From Methanobacteriota archaeon (GTDB lineage: Archaea; Thermoplasmatota; Poseidoniia; Poseidoniales; Poseidoniaceae): a DNA stretch of 64,000 nucleotides. Shown here in pieces: positions 20,303-29,412 of the stretch; position 1 is the stretch's first letter; each line of letters opens with the position of its first letter. A program made the translations under genes and the position numbers. The notes beneath the pieces are model-generated. The model worked only from the letters and a program-made list of their open reading frames with translations, did not search any database and was not told where the DNA came from. The stretch is from NCBI GenBank assembly GCA_002718195.1, contig PBDU01000011.1:91927-155926 (forward strand). The letters are read 5' to 3'.

Positions 20303-22425
20303 TCCTCCTCGGTAATGTATTTCGAAAGAAGACCAATCTCTTCTTCGACCTGAAGATTGCCAGGCAAACATGGCAGAATATCATCAGTTGGCAATCCTGT
20401 AAATTTTGAAATTTGATTGGCAATGGTTTCTTTTTTCTTCAATCCATGTGAAACAATTACGTATCTACTGAACTTTTCTTTGATAGTTTCAGGGGTTCCA
20501 GCGATGAGCATGACTATGTTGTTGACACTGGCTAAGCCCAGTCCAATTTTCATGTTCAGGTCCTTGAACCATTTCCGCTGCCCTCTTACAATAAATGCAC
20601 CTTTGCCAACGTATTCACCAGTTTGAGCAGTTTTACTAACTTGGGCAGGTTTTACCGCATAAACAGTTCCATGTCCCTTTCCACTCTGCCATGCTCTGGA
20701 CCAGCAAATTGCCATTTGGGCACCTTCTTTGAGTAAATCATCAGTAATCGGAGTTATTTCTTTCATTTTATCTGAAAGGCGGTATGCGGGAACTCCGGGT
20801 GGAATTGTGGAAAGAGGTGTTGGGTCTTCTTCGAATCCTCTTATCGATTGTAAAGCGCATGATGGGGCACCGTGTAAATCAGCGTGAAGATACATATCAT
20901 CTGCTTTGAGATGTTTTTTTACCAGCCCATCATTTGACTTAGCATCCTTTCCTCCAACCAGTAATTTGTTATCACTTAGGATTGCATATTTGAATCTCTC
21001 AAACCAAAGGCGTTTACTTCTCTTGATCTTGATTATCTTACCATCTGATTGAGATTTGATTTCCTTCTTCTTTGCGGTTTTTAGCAGTCTTTCAGTTTCT
21101 TCTAATGCTTCTCTGGCACCTTTTGTCTTGTCCTTTTGCTTTTGAGCAGATTGGAAATGTGTTTGTGCGTTTTGGTAAACGCTCAGAGCCAAATCAAGCT
21201 CGACTTCTTTCCCTGTCTCACCTTGCTCATTAGGCAAGAATACCTTTGCTTTCTTTTCTTTTGCATTTACAGAAGAAATCCATGGAATTTCTTTGATGCT
21301 TTGTTTTACGTAATCCCACCCATTTTTTTCAACAGCGGAATTGATCTGTTCAATCAGTCCTTCGACATGCGACCATTCATTCTGAATAGCATGACCGATT
21401 TCTTGTTGCTGTTGTATCTTCTTATCAAATTTTGAAAGGGCTGTTTTTTGTTGGTTAAGCCTTCGTTCTAATTTTTCTACTGGAGTGGAATAACCTCTTC
21501 CCGGTGAGGCAAAATCCAACTTTTCCATTTCTCTTCTTTCGTGGGCTTGTGAGTCATGCTCACCTTTCCATAAGTCGACAGCAGCACACATCGACTCAGT
21601 TTCAAAAATAGTCATGCCTTTGTGGCTTGGTAGAATAACGGGTGAAGCCTCCACACATCTTTGTGCAATTTGCTTTTGCAATTCTTCATGATTGACCTCT
21701 TCTGGACCTTTGAATACCAAAAATGCTCCATTTCTTTCGATTAACTGTTTCATTAGCTGTTCCAAAGATGGCATTATGTCATCTGCATTGGCTTTTTTTG
21801 CCTCTAAGTTAGAGTCTAAATTTGACAATTCACACAATTCCTTTGCAATTTTTCCGCCCAAATTCAACTCTGAGGCAAGCGTGGCTGCTAATTTTTTCTC
21901 GCTTTTCTCAAGAATCTCTGACAACTCTGCTTTTGTAACGCAAGTAGGGTCTAAAGATTGAGGAGGAGGAACATATTTCTCGCCTTTTTTGAGTATTCTA
22001 TCCTTGTATTTAACGTGCGTAATCGGCTGGATGATTATATCATTTTCATCACATAGGATGATGTTTCCATTGTTGAAAACCTCCGTGTAGAGGTATCTTG
22101 GTCCGAATTTAGAATCAAATGAGAACTTGAGTATTCTATCAAAACCTAATTGCTCAACTTTCTCGAGTCTTGCATTTTTCAAATGTTTTCTTAGAAGCAT
22201 GGCAAAGGATGGAGGCACCATTGGCATCGGTCTATCTCTTTTTGAAGTATAGATTCTCTCTCCTCTAATCAGCACTAAATCAAAGCCGTCTTTGCCCTTT
22301 GGATTCATTCGCAAAACAACTTGCTCATAGTGAGGCATGTATGCCTTTTTGACCCAAGCAGATCCTATTTCTTGAAGCTCATTGCATATAGCCCTGAGGT
22401 CAAAACCACTCATGTCATCCTTCAT
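20299..22425 (-). CDS. rqcH: ribosome rescue/quality-control protein RqcH (Rqc2/NEMF, NFACT)
   Basis: MSGFDL, FAMLLRKHL, FDRI, WFERF, GGKDAKSN, HADLHGAP, GAFIVRG. Confidence 0.9.
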   Translation of the reverse strand: MKDDMSGFDLRAICNELQEIGSAWVKKAYMPHYEQVVLRMNPKGKDGFDLVLIRGERIYTSKRDRPMPMVPPSFAMLLRKHLKNARLEKVEQLGFDRILKFSFDSKFGPRYLYTEVFNNGNIILCDENDIIIQPITHVKYKDRILKKGEKYVPPPQSLDPTCVTKAELSEILEKSEKKLAATLASELNLGGKIAKELCELSNLDSNLEAKKANADDIMPSLEQLMKQLIERNGAFLVFKGPEEVNHEELQKQIAQRCVEASPVILPSHKGMTIFETESMCAAVDLWKGEHDSQAHERREMEKLDFASPGRGYSTPVEKLERRLNQQKTALSKFDKKIQQQQEIGHAIQNEWSHVEGLIEQINSAVEKNGWDYVKQSIKEIPWISSVNAKEKKAKVFLPNEQGETGKEVELDLALSVYQNAQTHFQSAQKQKDKTKGAREALEETERLLKTAKKKEIKSQSDGKIIKIKRSKRLWFERFKYAILSDNKLLVGGKDAKSNDGLVKKHLKADDMYLHADLHGAPSCALQSIRGFEEDPTPLSTIPPGVPAYRLSDKMKEITPITDDLLKEGAQMAICWSRAWQSGKGHGTVYAVKPAQVSKTAQTGEYVGKGAFIVRGQRKWFKDLNMKIGLGLASVNNIVMLIAGTPETIKEKFSRYVIVSHGLKKKETIANQISKFTGLPTDDILPCLPGNLQVEEEIGLLSKYITEEE

Positions 22426-23979
22426 TCAATTCTCTCCAATCTTCCATTTATTCTGTTTTTGAATTACTATGCCAGTTCTTCTTAGTGACATGAGGTGGCT
22501 TAATGTTTGGTCCAGGGCCAATCCTGGATGGGCGTTAGGCGTATCTTCATATGCTTTGATTGCTATTTCCTCAATCGTCTCAAGTCCTTCTTGAAGTGCT
22601 TCAAGAATTCTCTGATTTCTCAATCCTCGATGCTTGATGTAGTAATTCAACTTCTTCTGAGGCAGAGGTATAATCGGTCCATGGGAAGGGAAAATCAAGT
22701 GGGGGTTTAGTTGTTTTAGCCTTTGCAACTGCTCCACATATATCTCCATATTACCTGAATGTGGCGGAATTAGAATTGTTCCAATTCCAGCTACCATGTC
22801 CCCAGCAACCAAACCAGCGGGCGAATGAAGACAGATATGTCCAGGGTCATGTCCCGGTGTGTGTAATGCTGTCCATATGATATCTCCTAACTGGATTAAT
22901 TCACCATCTGTGATAATTTTTGAAACAACTGCCTTCTTTGATGCATCAATTGTTTGTGCAGTTTCTTTACTAGACCATATCGGTACATCGAATGCTTCTC
23001 TCAATAAATCCCAATCAGCCAAGTGATCAGAATGTCCGTGCGTGAAGAGAATCCCCTTCATTTCCCCACCATGCCTATCCACTGCATTGGCAAGTTTTTC
23101 CATGTCTTCTCTAAGTTTAATCGCAGGGTCAACAAGGATAAAATCCCTATTCGGTTCACCAACGATGTAACAATTTGTGTGTGTTGCAGGCGGGAGTGTT
23201 GCAGTTTGCACTGGCAAAACTTCGACTCCATAAGCAAACCAAATCGCTCTTTTACCGGGCTTAGTAAACGATAATTCTGCTGAAATTGCTTCAATATTAT
23301 TGCCATGCTTTGCTATCATTTTGATGAAAGTGTGAAGAAGGCTAACTACTGGAGGTGCGACCTTTATTTCATGCCTCATCCATTTTTCGAATATGTTCGA
23401 TGGTGTGTCCCACATAGCATCAACAAATTCTGTCTGCTCCTCTAAATCGAATTGAGGACATTCTTTCTTTTCACCCGCATGAAGATGCAAAAAGACATTA
23501 TCAAAACTTACGGGTGCAAAAGGAGGAGTAATTCTTCTGCTGATCACTTTAATTGAATCTTGAGAGCATGGAATTTTCCCGGATTTTACCAAAGGTAACC
23601 AATTTGATTTGTCCTCTATTACTTTTCTTCTTGATTCGAGGTCAACCAAAATCAGTTTCTCGCCATCCCAAGCAAATCCTAGTTCTTCAACCATTTCTCT
23701 TGACATTGCTGCCACGGCTTTTGCATGCTCTCCATCGAGTTGTGGCAACTCATGTACGCTTGTGGAATCAACTCTTGATAATCCACCGCCAGGAAATGCC
23801 CAAAATCCAGGGAAGGCAGGCATGGTGTCTGCTCTGAGCCCAAGTAGAACCTCTATGCCATTTTCACCGTTTCTTGTTAGTGTCATCGTGGTGGTTGGTC
23901 TTGGAGGTCTGCGTTCGATGCTAGCGAACTCAATCCCCTCCGGCCTTTCTGACATGGTTTCACCAATTTGTCCCAGCAT
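22426..23979 (-). CDS. NUDIX hydrolase fused to LACTB2-like metallo-beta-lactamase fold hydrolase
   Basis: AFPGG...REMVEELG Nudix box; THGHSDH, HTPGH, GD, PSHG MBL motifs; C-terminal winged helix. Confidence 0.85.
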   Translation of the reverse strand: MLGQIGETMSERPEGIEFASIERRPPRPTTTMTLTRNGENGIEVLLGLRADTMPAFPGFWAFPGGGLSRVDSTSVHELPQLDGEHAKAVAAMSREMVEELGFAWDGEKLILVDLESRRKVIEDKSNWLPLVKSGKIPCSQDSIKVISRRITPPFAPVSFDNVFLHLHAGEKKECPQFDLEEQTEFVDAMWDTPSNIFEKWMRHEIKVAPPVVSLLHTFIKMIAKHGNNIEAISAELSFTKPGKRAIWFAYGVEVLPVQTATLPPATHTNCYIVGEPNRDFILVDPAIKLREDMEKLANAVDRHGGEMKGILFTHGHSDHLADWDLLREAFDVPIWSSKETAQTIDASKKAVVSKIITDGELIQLGDIIWTALHTPGHDPGHICLHSPAGLVAGDMVAGIGTILIPPHSGNMEIYVEQLQRLKQLNPHLIFPSHGPIIPLPQKKLNYYIKHRGLRNQRILEALQEGLETIEEIAIKAYEDTPNAHPGLALDQTLSHLMSLRRTGIVIQKQNKWKIGEN

Positions 23980-24048
23980 TCAACTTTTGTCATGTAAGTC
24001 AATGCCTGCTAAAGTAGGCTTTGAATAACACAGCATCCTGCGCATGTC

Positions 24049-24246
24049 ATGGAGAGATACGATACCATCGAAGAAGAACTTGCTGCTTTGGCAGAAGCGG
24101 TAAGCATTCTCGAAGAGGCAGGTATAGATGCATTTCCTGAACCTAAACCAGTGAGGAAGTGGGCGAAATTCTCTATTGCAGCTTTCTCGACATTTATGAT
24201 GCTAACTTGGGTAACACAAGCGCTATTCAAGAGAATAAATCTCTAG
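24049..24246 (+). CDS. small hypothetical membrane protein
   Basis: ATG start, acidic helix then one hydrophobic segment; fills gap between genes. Confidence 0.55.
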   Translation: MERYDTIEEELAALAEAVSILEEAGIDAFPEPKPVRKWAKFSIAAFSTFMMLTWVTQALFKRINL

Positions 24247-25280
24247 GAAAATAATCCAGATAAACTGAATCCTGCCTCATGGATTCCATCATCAGTAATC
24301 TCAACAGAAACTAGGGTTACATCTCTGACAGGTTTGTCGCCTTGACCAGTCTCAACTTCGGAAATTTCTGTGATAACATCTAGTCCGTCAGTTACCATTC
24401 CGAAAACCGTGTGAACTCCGTTCAAGTGACTTGGTGTTGAGTCAGATGGAACGATGAAGAACTGTGATCCACCTGTATTTGCAGCACTAGTTTTTGCCAT
24501 TGAAAGAGCGCCAGGAGTATGGATTCTTCCGTTGTTAGCCTCGTCAGGAATAGTCCAAGCAGATCGGGCGCACTCGGATTGAGAATCTCTTACTTGCCCA
24601 TTACAATAGCCATACCATGCTCCAGCATGTCCGCCAGTGCCATCACCATTTGTGAAATCTCCACCTTGTATCATGAAATTATCTATGATTCTGTGGAATT
24701 TCACGTTGTCGTAATCGCCATTTTCAGCCAAGGTGATGAAGTTTTCAACGTGGACAGGAGCATCGGCTCTGTACAAATCCATGGTAATAGTTTCAGTCTT
24801 GAACAAACCATCATTAGTGGTGTACGTAATCGTCATTTCTGCTTCACCAGTGCCCAGTGTACCTTCTGTAGCAGATTGGGAAACAGATAGCACCGCAAGG
24901 ATAGCGATCAAGGCAATAAATCCAAATGTTACTCCTGCGATAGTAGGTGTTCCATCTTGTACCAGAGGTGGGAAAGCGTGTTCTGAGATTCTTTTTTCGT
25001 TCATTTCGTTAAGGATGTTATTGTATCCCGAGCTCACCTTCTTGTCCTTTGGGTTGATCTTCAAAGCCTTGCGATAATTTTCAGCGATTTTCCTGTATTC
25101 TTTTGCTGTTGGCTCCTTGCCTGCCTCATTTCTTCTTACTTCAGCAGCAAGTCTCCAAGTTGTTGCAAACTCACCAAGTTCATCAACTTCTAATAGAGAA
25201 TCGATTACTCCCTTTGTTTTACCTGATGAAATCTTCTTTTCTGCTTTCTTCCAAGCCTCTTGCCTTTTCTCGGCGGACAT
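24243..25280 (-). CDS. membrane-anchored cyclophilin-type peptidyl-prolyl isomerase with N-terminal TPR-like helices
   Basis: FHRIIDNFMIQGGD, GALSMA, GSQFFI, HLNGVHTVFG; TM near aa 113-133. Confidence 0.9.
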   Translation of the reverse strand: MSAEKRQEAWKKAEKKISSGKTKGVIDSLLEVDELGEFATTWRLAAEVRRNEAGKEPTAKEYRKIAENYRKALKINPKDKKVSSGYNNILNEMNEKRISEHAFPPLVQDGTPTIAGVTFGFIALIAILAVLSVSQSATEGTLGTGEAEMTITYTTNDGLFKTETITMDLYRADAPVHVENFITLAENGDYDNVKFHRIIDNFMIQGGDFTNGDGTGGHAGAWYGYCNGQVRDSQSECARSAWTIPDEANNGRIHTPGALSMAKTSAANTGGSQFFIVPSDSTPSHLNGVHTVFGMVTDGLDVITEISEVETGQGDKPVRDVTLVSVEITDDGIHEAGFSLSGLFS

Positions 25281-25456
25281 GATTCTCCGAAATTTCTCTT
25301 AGTTTTATGCATCACCCTAAACTTCGACGAAATCAAGGTTTGCAAGGTGAAATTAACAGAACCCAACGGCAACATGTTCAAAGAGTGGTTTCATACCCGG
25401 TGGACATCAATGAAATGCGAATCACAACTCGCATCAATTTGAAGGGGAAAAACGAA

Positions 25457-27244
25457 ATGGGAAAAGTCGTCAATGACTTCACAATAAACATCGCTACTGC
25501 AAACGGTACAGGTTCTCAGTCTGCCAATTTAATTCTCCTTCAATCTATTTTTGATATGGGAATAAATATCAGCGGAAAGAATCTCTTCCCATCAAATATC
25601 TCCGGTTTGCCAACATGGTACATTTTGAGAATCAGCGACAATGGCTATCAAGCACCAGGCGATTTGACAAATATCCAAGTGTTAGTCAACAAAGATACAT
25701 GGGAAGCAGATTTGGGTTCTGTTGAGCCGGGAACAGTTGTGATTTGGAATTCAGATGCAAAAATGGCAATGGATAGGGAAGATGTAATTTCTTATCCAGT
25801 CCCAATGACAAAAATGGCTAGAACACTTAATCCAAAACTTGCAAAGTTAGTTACAAACATCATTTATGTCGGAGTTCTCGCAGAAATGCTTGGTATCGAG
25901 CAAAGCGCCTTGGAATCAGCAGTTGAAAAGCAATTTTCTGGTAAAGCAAGTGCTATCGAACTGAATACTAAGGCACTATCTCTCGGGAGAGATTATGCAA
26001 AAGACGAACTTGAAAAGCAGGACGAATTCGTTCTAGAGGCTAGAGTTAGGGACCAAAAACAATTCTTCATCGAAGGCAATGAGGCAGCGGCTTTAGGTGC
26101 TATTTACGGAGGAGTTCAACTCCTGGCATGGTATCCAATTACTCCATCTTCATCACTTGCTGAAGGGATCATCAATTGGATTCCTAAACTTAGAAGAGAT
26201 GATGATGGAAGCGACAACTGTGCAGTTGTACAAGCCGAAGATGAATTGGCTGCGGCTGGTATGATTATCGGTGCTGGCTGGGCTGGTGGAAGAGCGATGA
26301 CTGCAACATCCGGACCTGGTATTTCTCTTATGCAGGAATTTATCGGACTAGCGTATTTCGCTGAAGTCCCTTGTGTATTCTGGGATGTCTGCCGTGTCGG
26401 TCCTTCGACTGGATTGCCAACAAGAACCCAGCAGTCTGACTTACAAATGCTGTATGAAGGGTCTCACGGAGATACACAACATATCGTATTGATTCCTGGT
26501 ACAGTTGAAGAATGCTTCGAGTTTGGTTGGAAAGCATTTGACATCTCAGAACAATTTCAAACTCCAGTGTTCGGTTTGAGCGACTTGGATTTAGGAATGA
26601 ACAGATGGGCAACAACGGGCTTTGAATATCCGGATGAAGACATGAATCGAGGCAAAACAATTCGAGACAAAGACCTCTTCGAGGCAATGGAAGATTTCGG
26701 ACGATACAAGGATGTCGATGGAGATGGTGTTCCTTACAGGACCCTTCCTGGATCTGGAATGGCTCCAATCCTATATCGTGGAACAGGTCATGACAAGTAT
26801 GGTGTATACTCCGAAAAACCTCATATTTATCACGACCTAATGGAGCGTTTGAAGAGAAAAATAAATGGTACAAGAGACCACTTACCTGCTCCAATAATCA
26901 GAGAAGAGCCCGAGTGTGAAATAGGTGTAATCTACTTTGGAAGTATGGAAAACTCAATCCAAGAAATTGACGACATTGTCGAATCTAAAGGATACAAAAT
27001 GAGTCAACTGAGAGTCAGGGCACTACCACTTCACAACGACGTTGAGGAATTTGTTCGCCAACACAAGCACGTAATCGTCATGGAAATTAACAGGGATGCT
27101 CAACTTTGGGGAATTTTGAGGAAAGAGCTTCCAGACGATTTGGTTTCAAGAGTTAGCTCGGTTGCGTACAGCGATGGAATGCCGCCATCTGGATCTAAAT
27201 TTGCCGACCTTATTCTAGCAAAACTACAGGAGGTTTCACAATGA
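25457..27244 (+). CDS. korA: 2-oxoacid:ferredoxin oxidoreductase alpha subunit
   Basis: YPITPSS, QAEDE, TSGPG, RVGPSTGLPT; ATG 25457 preceded by GAAGGGG. Confidence 0.9.
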   Translation: MGKVVNDFTINIATANGTGSQSANLILLQSIFDMGINISGKNLFPSNISGLPTWYILRISDNGYQAPGDLTNIQVLVNKDTWEADLGSVEPGTVVIWNSDAKMAMDREDVISYPVPMTKMARTLNPKLAKLVTNIIYVGVLAEMLGIEQSALESAVEKQFSGKASAIELNTKALSLGRDYAKDELEKQDEFVLEARVRDQKQFFIEGNEAAALGAIYGGVQLLAWYPITPSSSLAEGIINWIPKLRRDDDGSDNCAVVQAEDELAAAGMIIGAGWAGGRAMTATSGPGISLMQEFIGLAYFAEVPCVFWDVCRVGPSTGLPTRTQQSDLQMLYEGSHGDTQHIVLIPGTVEECFEFGWKAFDISEQFQTPVFGLSDLDLGMNRWATTGFEYPDEDMNRGKTIRDKDLFEAMEDFGRYKDVDGDGVPYRTLPGSGMAPILYRGTGHDKYGVYSEKPHIYHDLMERLKRKINGTRDHLPAPIIREEPECEIGVIYFGSMENSIQEIDDIVESKGYKMSQLRVRALPLHNDVEEFVRQHKHVIVMEINRDAQLWGILRKELPDDLVSRVSSVAYSDGMPPSGSKFADLILAKLQEVSQ

Positions 27245-28287
27245 GCGATAGACCTGCAAGAGCAATAAAACTGAATGTAATTAACGAACCTAAAGATTCC
27301 TACACCGGAGGAAAATCTACTCTTTGCCCTGGGTGTGGGCACGACCAAATTTCAAGCGTTATTATCAACGCAGCATGGGAAAATGGAATTGACCCTACCA
27401 AGATAGCAAAAATGTCCGGTATCGGTTGTTCGAGTAAAACTCCTGCTTACTATCTAGGGCAATCCCATGGATTTAACACGGTTCACGGTAGAATGCCTTC
27501 GGTAACAACAGGAGCTTACACTATCAACAAGGATTTACTTTATCTTGGAGTATCAGGTGATGGCGACTCTGCATCTATCGGTATTGGGCAACTAATCCAC
27601 GCTATCAGGCGTAATATGGACATGGTTTACATCGTGGAGAACAATGGTGTTTATGGCCTCACAAAAGGACAATACTCAGCGACTGCTGACATCGGTTCCA
27701 AGAAAAAGAAAGGAGCTCCTAACGAGCAACAACCAATTGACCTTGCTGCGCTAGCAATAAACCTTGGTTGCACTTTTGTTGCCAGATCTTTTTCAGGTTC
27801 GAAGAAACAACTTACATCATTGCTAAAGGCAGCAATGTCTCACAAGGGCTTTGCCCTGATAGATGTGATTTCACCATGTGTTACTTTCAACAATAACGAT
27901 GGTTCGCTAAAATCCTATCAATATGTTAAGGAAAATGAGATTACACTTCACATGACAGATTACATCGACAATAGACAACCAATGGAGGAGATCGAAGTTC
28001 CAGAGGGACACTTCCGTGACATCACTCTTCATGATGGCTCAACCATTAGGCTAGAAACCATTTCTGAAGACCATGACCCAAGCGATGCAATGGCAGCTCT
28101 GACAGCACTGCACAATGCTGAACAAGGCAAAAAGCACGTCACAGGATTACTTTACTTCAATTCAGATAAGCCAAGCCTTGCTGAGGATTTGAACCTACCC
28201 GATTCCCCGCTTTTGGACACTCCTGCTGATGTAATGAGACCTAGTAAGGCATCATTAGATGAAATCAATGCTGCTTTCCTTGCTTGA
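27241..28287 (+). CDS. korB: 2-oxoacid:ferredoxin oxidoreductase beta subunit
   Basis: LCPGCG, SGIGCS, HGR, GDGD...N TPP motif, YGLTKGQ, SPCVTF. Confidence 0.9.
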   Translation: MSDRPARAIKLNVINEPKDSYTGGKSTLCPGCGHDQISSVIINAAWENGIDPTKIAKMSGIGCSSKTPAYYLGQSHGFNTVHGRMPSVTTGAYTINKDLLYLGVSGDGDSASIGIGQLIHAIRRNMDMVYIVENNGVYGLTKGQYSATADIGSKKKKGAPNEQQPIDLAALAINLGCTFVARSFSGSKKQLTSLLKAAMSHKGFALIDVISPCVTFNNNDGSLKSYQYVKENEITLHMTDYIDNRQPMEEIEVPEGHFRDITLHDGSTIRLETISEDHDPSDAMAALTALHNAEQGKKHVTGLLYFNSDKPSLAEDLNLPDSPLLDTPADVMRPSKASLDEINAAFLA

Positions 28288-28343
28288 TATCGAGTGATTT
28301 TCCAATCATTAGTTTTGAATACTAGTTGGGACAATATACATTC

Positions 28344-29225
28344 ATGGTACTTGGCGATAGCCAAATCATCATTTTCATTTCCTTAGGGATACTGTTGATG
28401 TTTGTAATTTTGCTGAGAAGGCAAACAGAAAAAAGGTATCTGGAAGATATTTTTGCGAGAATGAAATACGGTTACACCAGAATTGATCCAAGGGATATGG
28501 AGCCCATGGGAGCGATAAAAGCTCTTGAAGAATACAGGGATGAAATGACTGAACTTGGTGTGGAAATAGAATATCACGTCATTGAAAAATTAGTAGATGA
28601 AGAGTTCGAGCAAATTCGAGAAAAGTCTCTTGAGTATATCTCGATACCTATGGATGTAAATTACGATGAGATTGCTTCCGCTCCGGATTTAGATAACTTG
28701 CTGCGACAAAGAGATGAGTGGGTTACTGAAAATTTAGATGTATACACAGAATTAGCGGAAGTCGTATCTGAATCTACTTTAGGTCATGGTGTAATGGTTG
28801 TAGAAAACAGCGAGGATAATGAAATTGTAGAAAGAGTACAACGTGAAGGTGGGGACGAAGGAGAAGTACAAATCACCTTGGCATGGGATGATTACAATGA
28901 TTTGGACCTCCATGTATATACGCCAAAGAAGGAGAGAATCTTCTTCAACAAAAAGAAGTCAAGTTGTGGTGGAGAACTTGATGTTGATATGAATGTTAAA
29001 CCTGAATCCAATTCTCCGGTTGAGAACGTTGTTTGGAAAAATTCCCCGCCAAAAGGAAAATACAAGGTAGTAGTTCATTTTTATCGACATCACAAAAAAG
29101 GCGGTACTAAGAAGGAATCAAGGTATAGACTTCGTGTGTCGATAAAGGGAGTAGTTAGGGAATATACTGGCTTAATCAAAAAGAGACAGAGAATGCAGGT
29201 AATAACTTCCTTTACAATCAAGTGA
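28344..29225 (+). CDS. membrane-anchored protein with C-terminal YfaP/DUF2135-like domain
   Basis: N-terminal TM; VQITLAWD..NDLDLHV..P, GGELDVDMN, PVENV.W. Confidence 0.65.
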   Translation: MVLGDSQIIIFISLGILLMFVILLRRQTEKRYLEDIFARMKYGYTRIDPRDMEPMGAIKALEEYRDEMTELGVEIEYHVIEKLVDEEFEQIREKSLEYISIPMDVNYDEIASAPDLDNLLRQRDEWVTENLDVYTELAEVVSESTLGHGVMVVENSEDNEIVERVQREGGDEGEVQITLAWDDYNDLDLHVYTPKKERIFFNKKKSSCGGELDVDMNVKPESNSPVENVVWKNSPPKGKYKVVVHFYRHHKKGGTKKESRYRLRVSIKGVVREYTGLIKKRQRMQVITSFTIK

Positions 29226-29234
29226 TATCAAAAG

Positions 29235-29307
29235 TAGTCCCTCCCGGATTCGAACCGGGGTCGAAGGAACCAGAATCCTTCATGATGGACCTCTACACTA
29301 AGGGACT
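29235..29307 (-). tRNA. tRNA-Gln (CTG)
   Basis: Minus strand AGTCCCT/AGGGACT acceptor (A1-U72, archaeal Gln type), AAGGA-TTCTGGT-TCCTT anticodon arm, GGTTCGAATCC. Confidence 0.95.
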
Positions 29308-29412
29308 GTTATTTTAGGGCGGTGCTATATTATTCTTGAACTAAACGGTCATAAATGCTCACGAAAAATCCGAATAGTGATGTTCATAGGTTGCTGACAT
29401 TTGGGTTTGAAT

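Noticed and set aside
24009..24230. 73-aa minus-strand ORF
   Set aside because: Antisense to the more protein-like 24049-24246 ORF
25307..25456. 50-aa N-terminal extension of korA from ATG 25307
   Set aside because: Recognisable sequence starts at MGKVVNDF with an SD-like site before 25457; the upstream stretch is likely promoter/UTR and includes a short ATGCGA/TCGCAT hairpin
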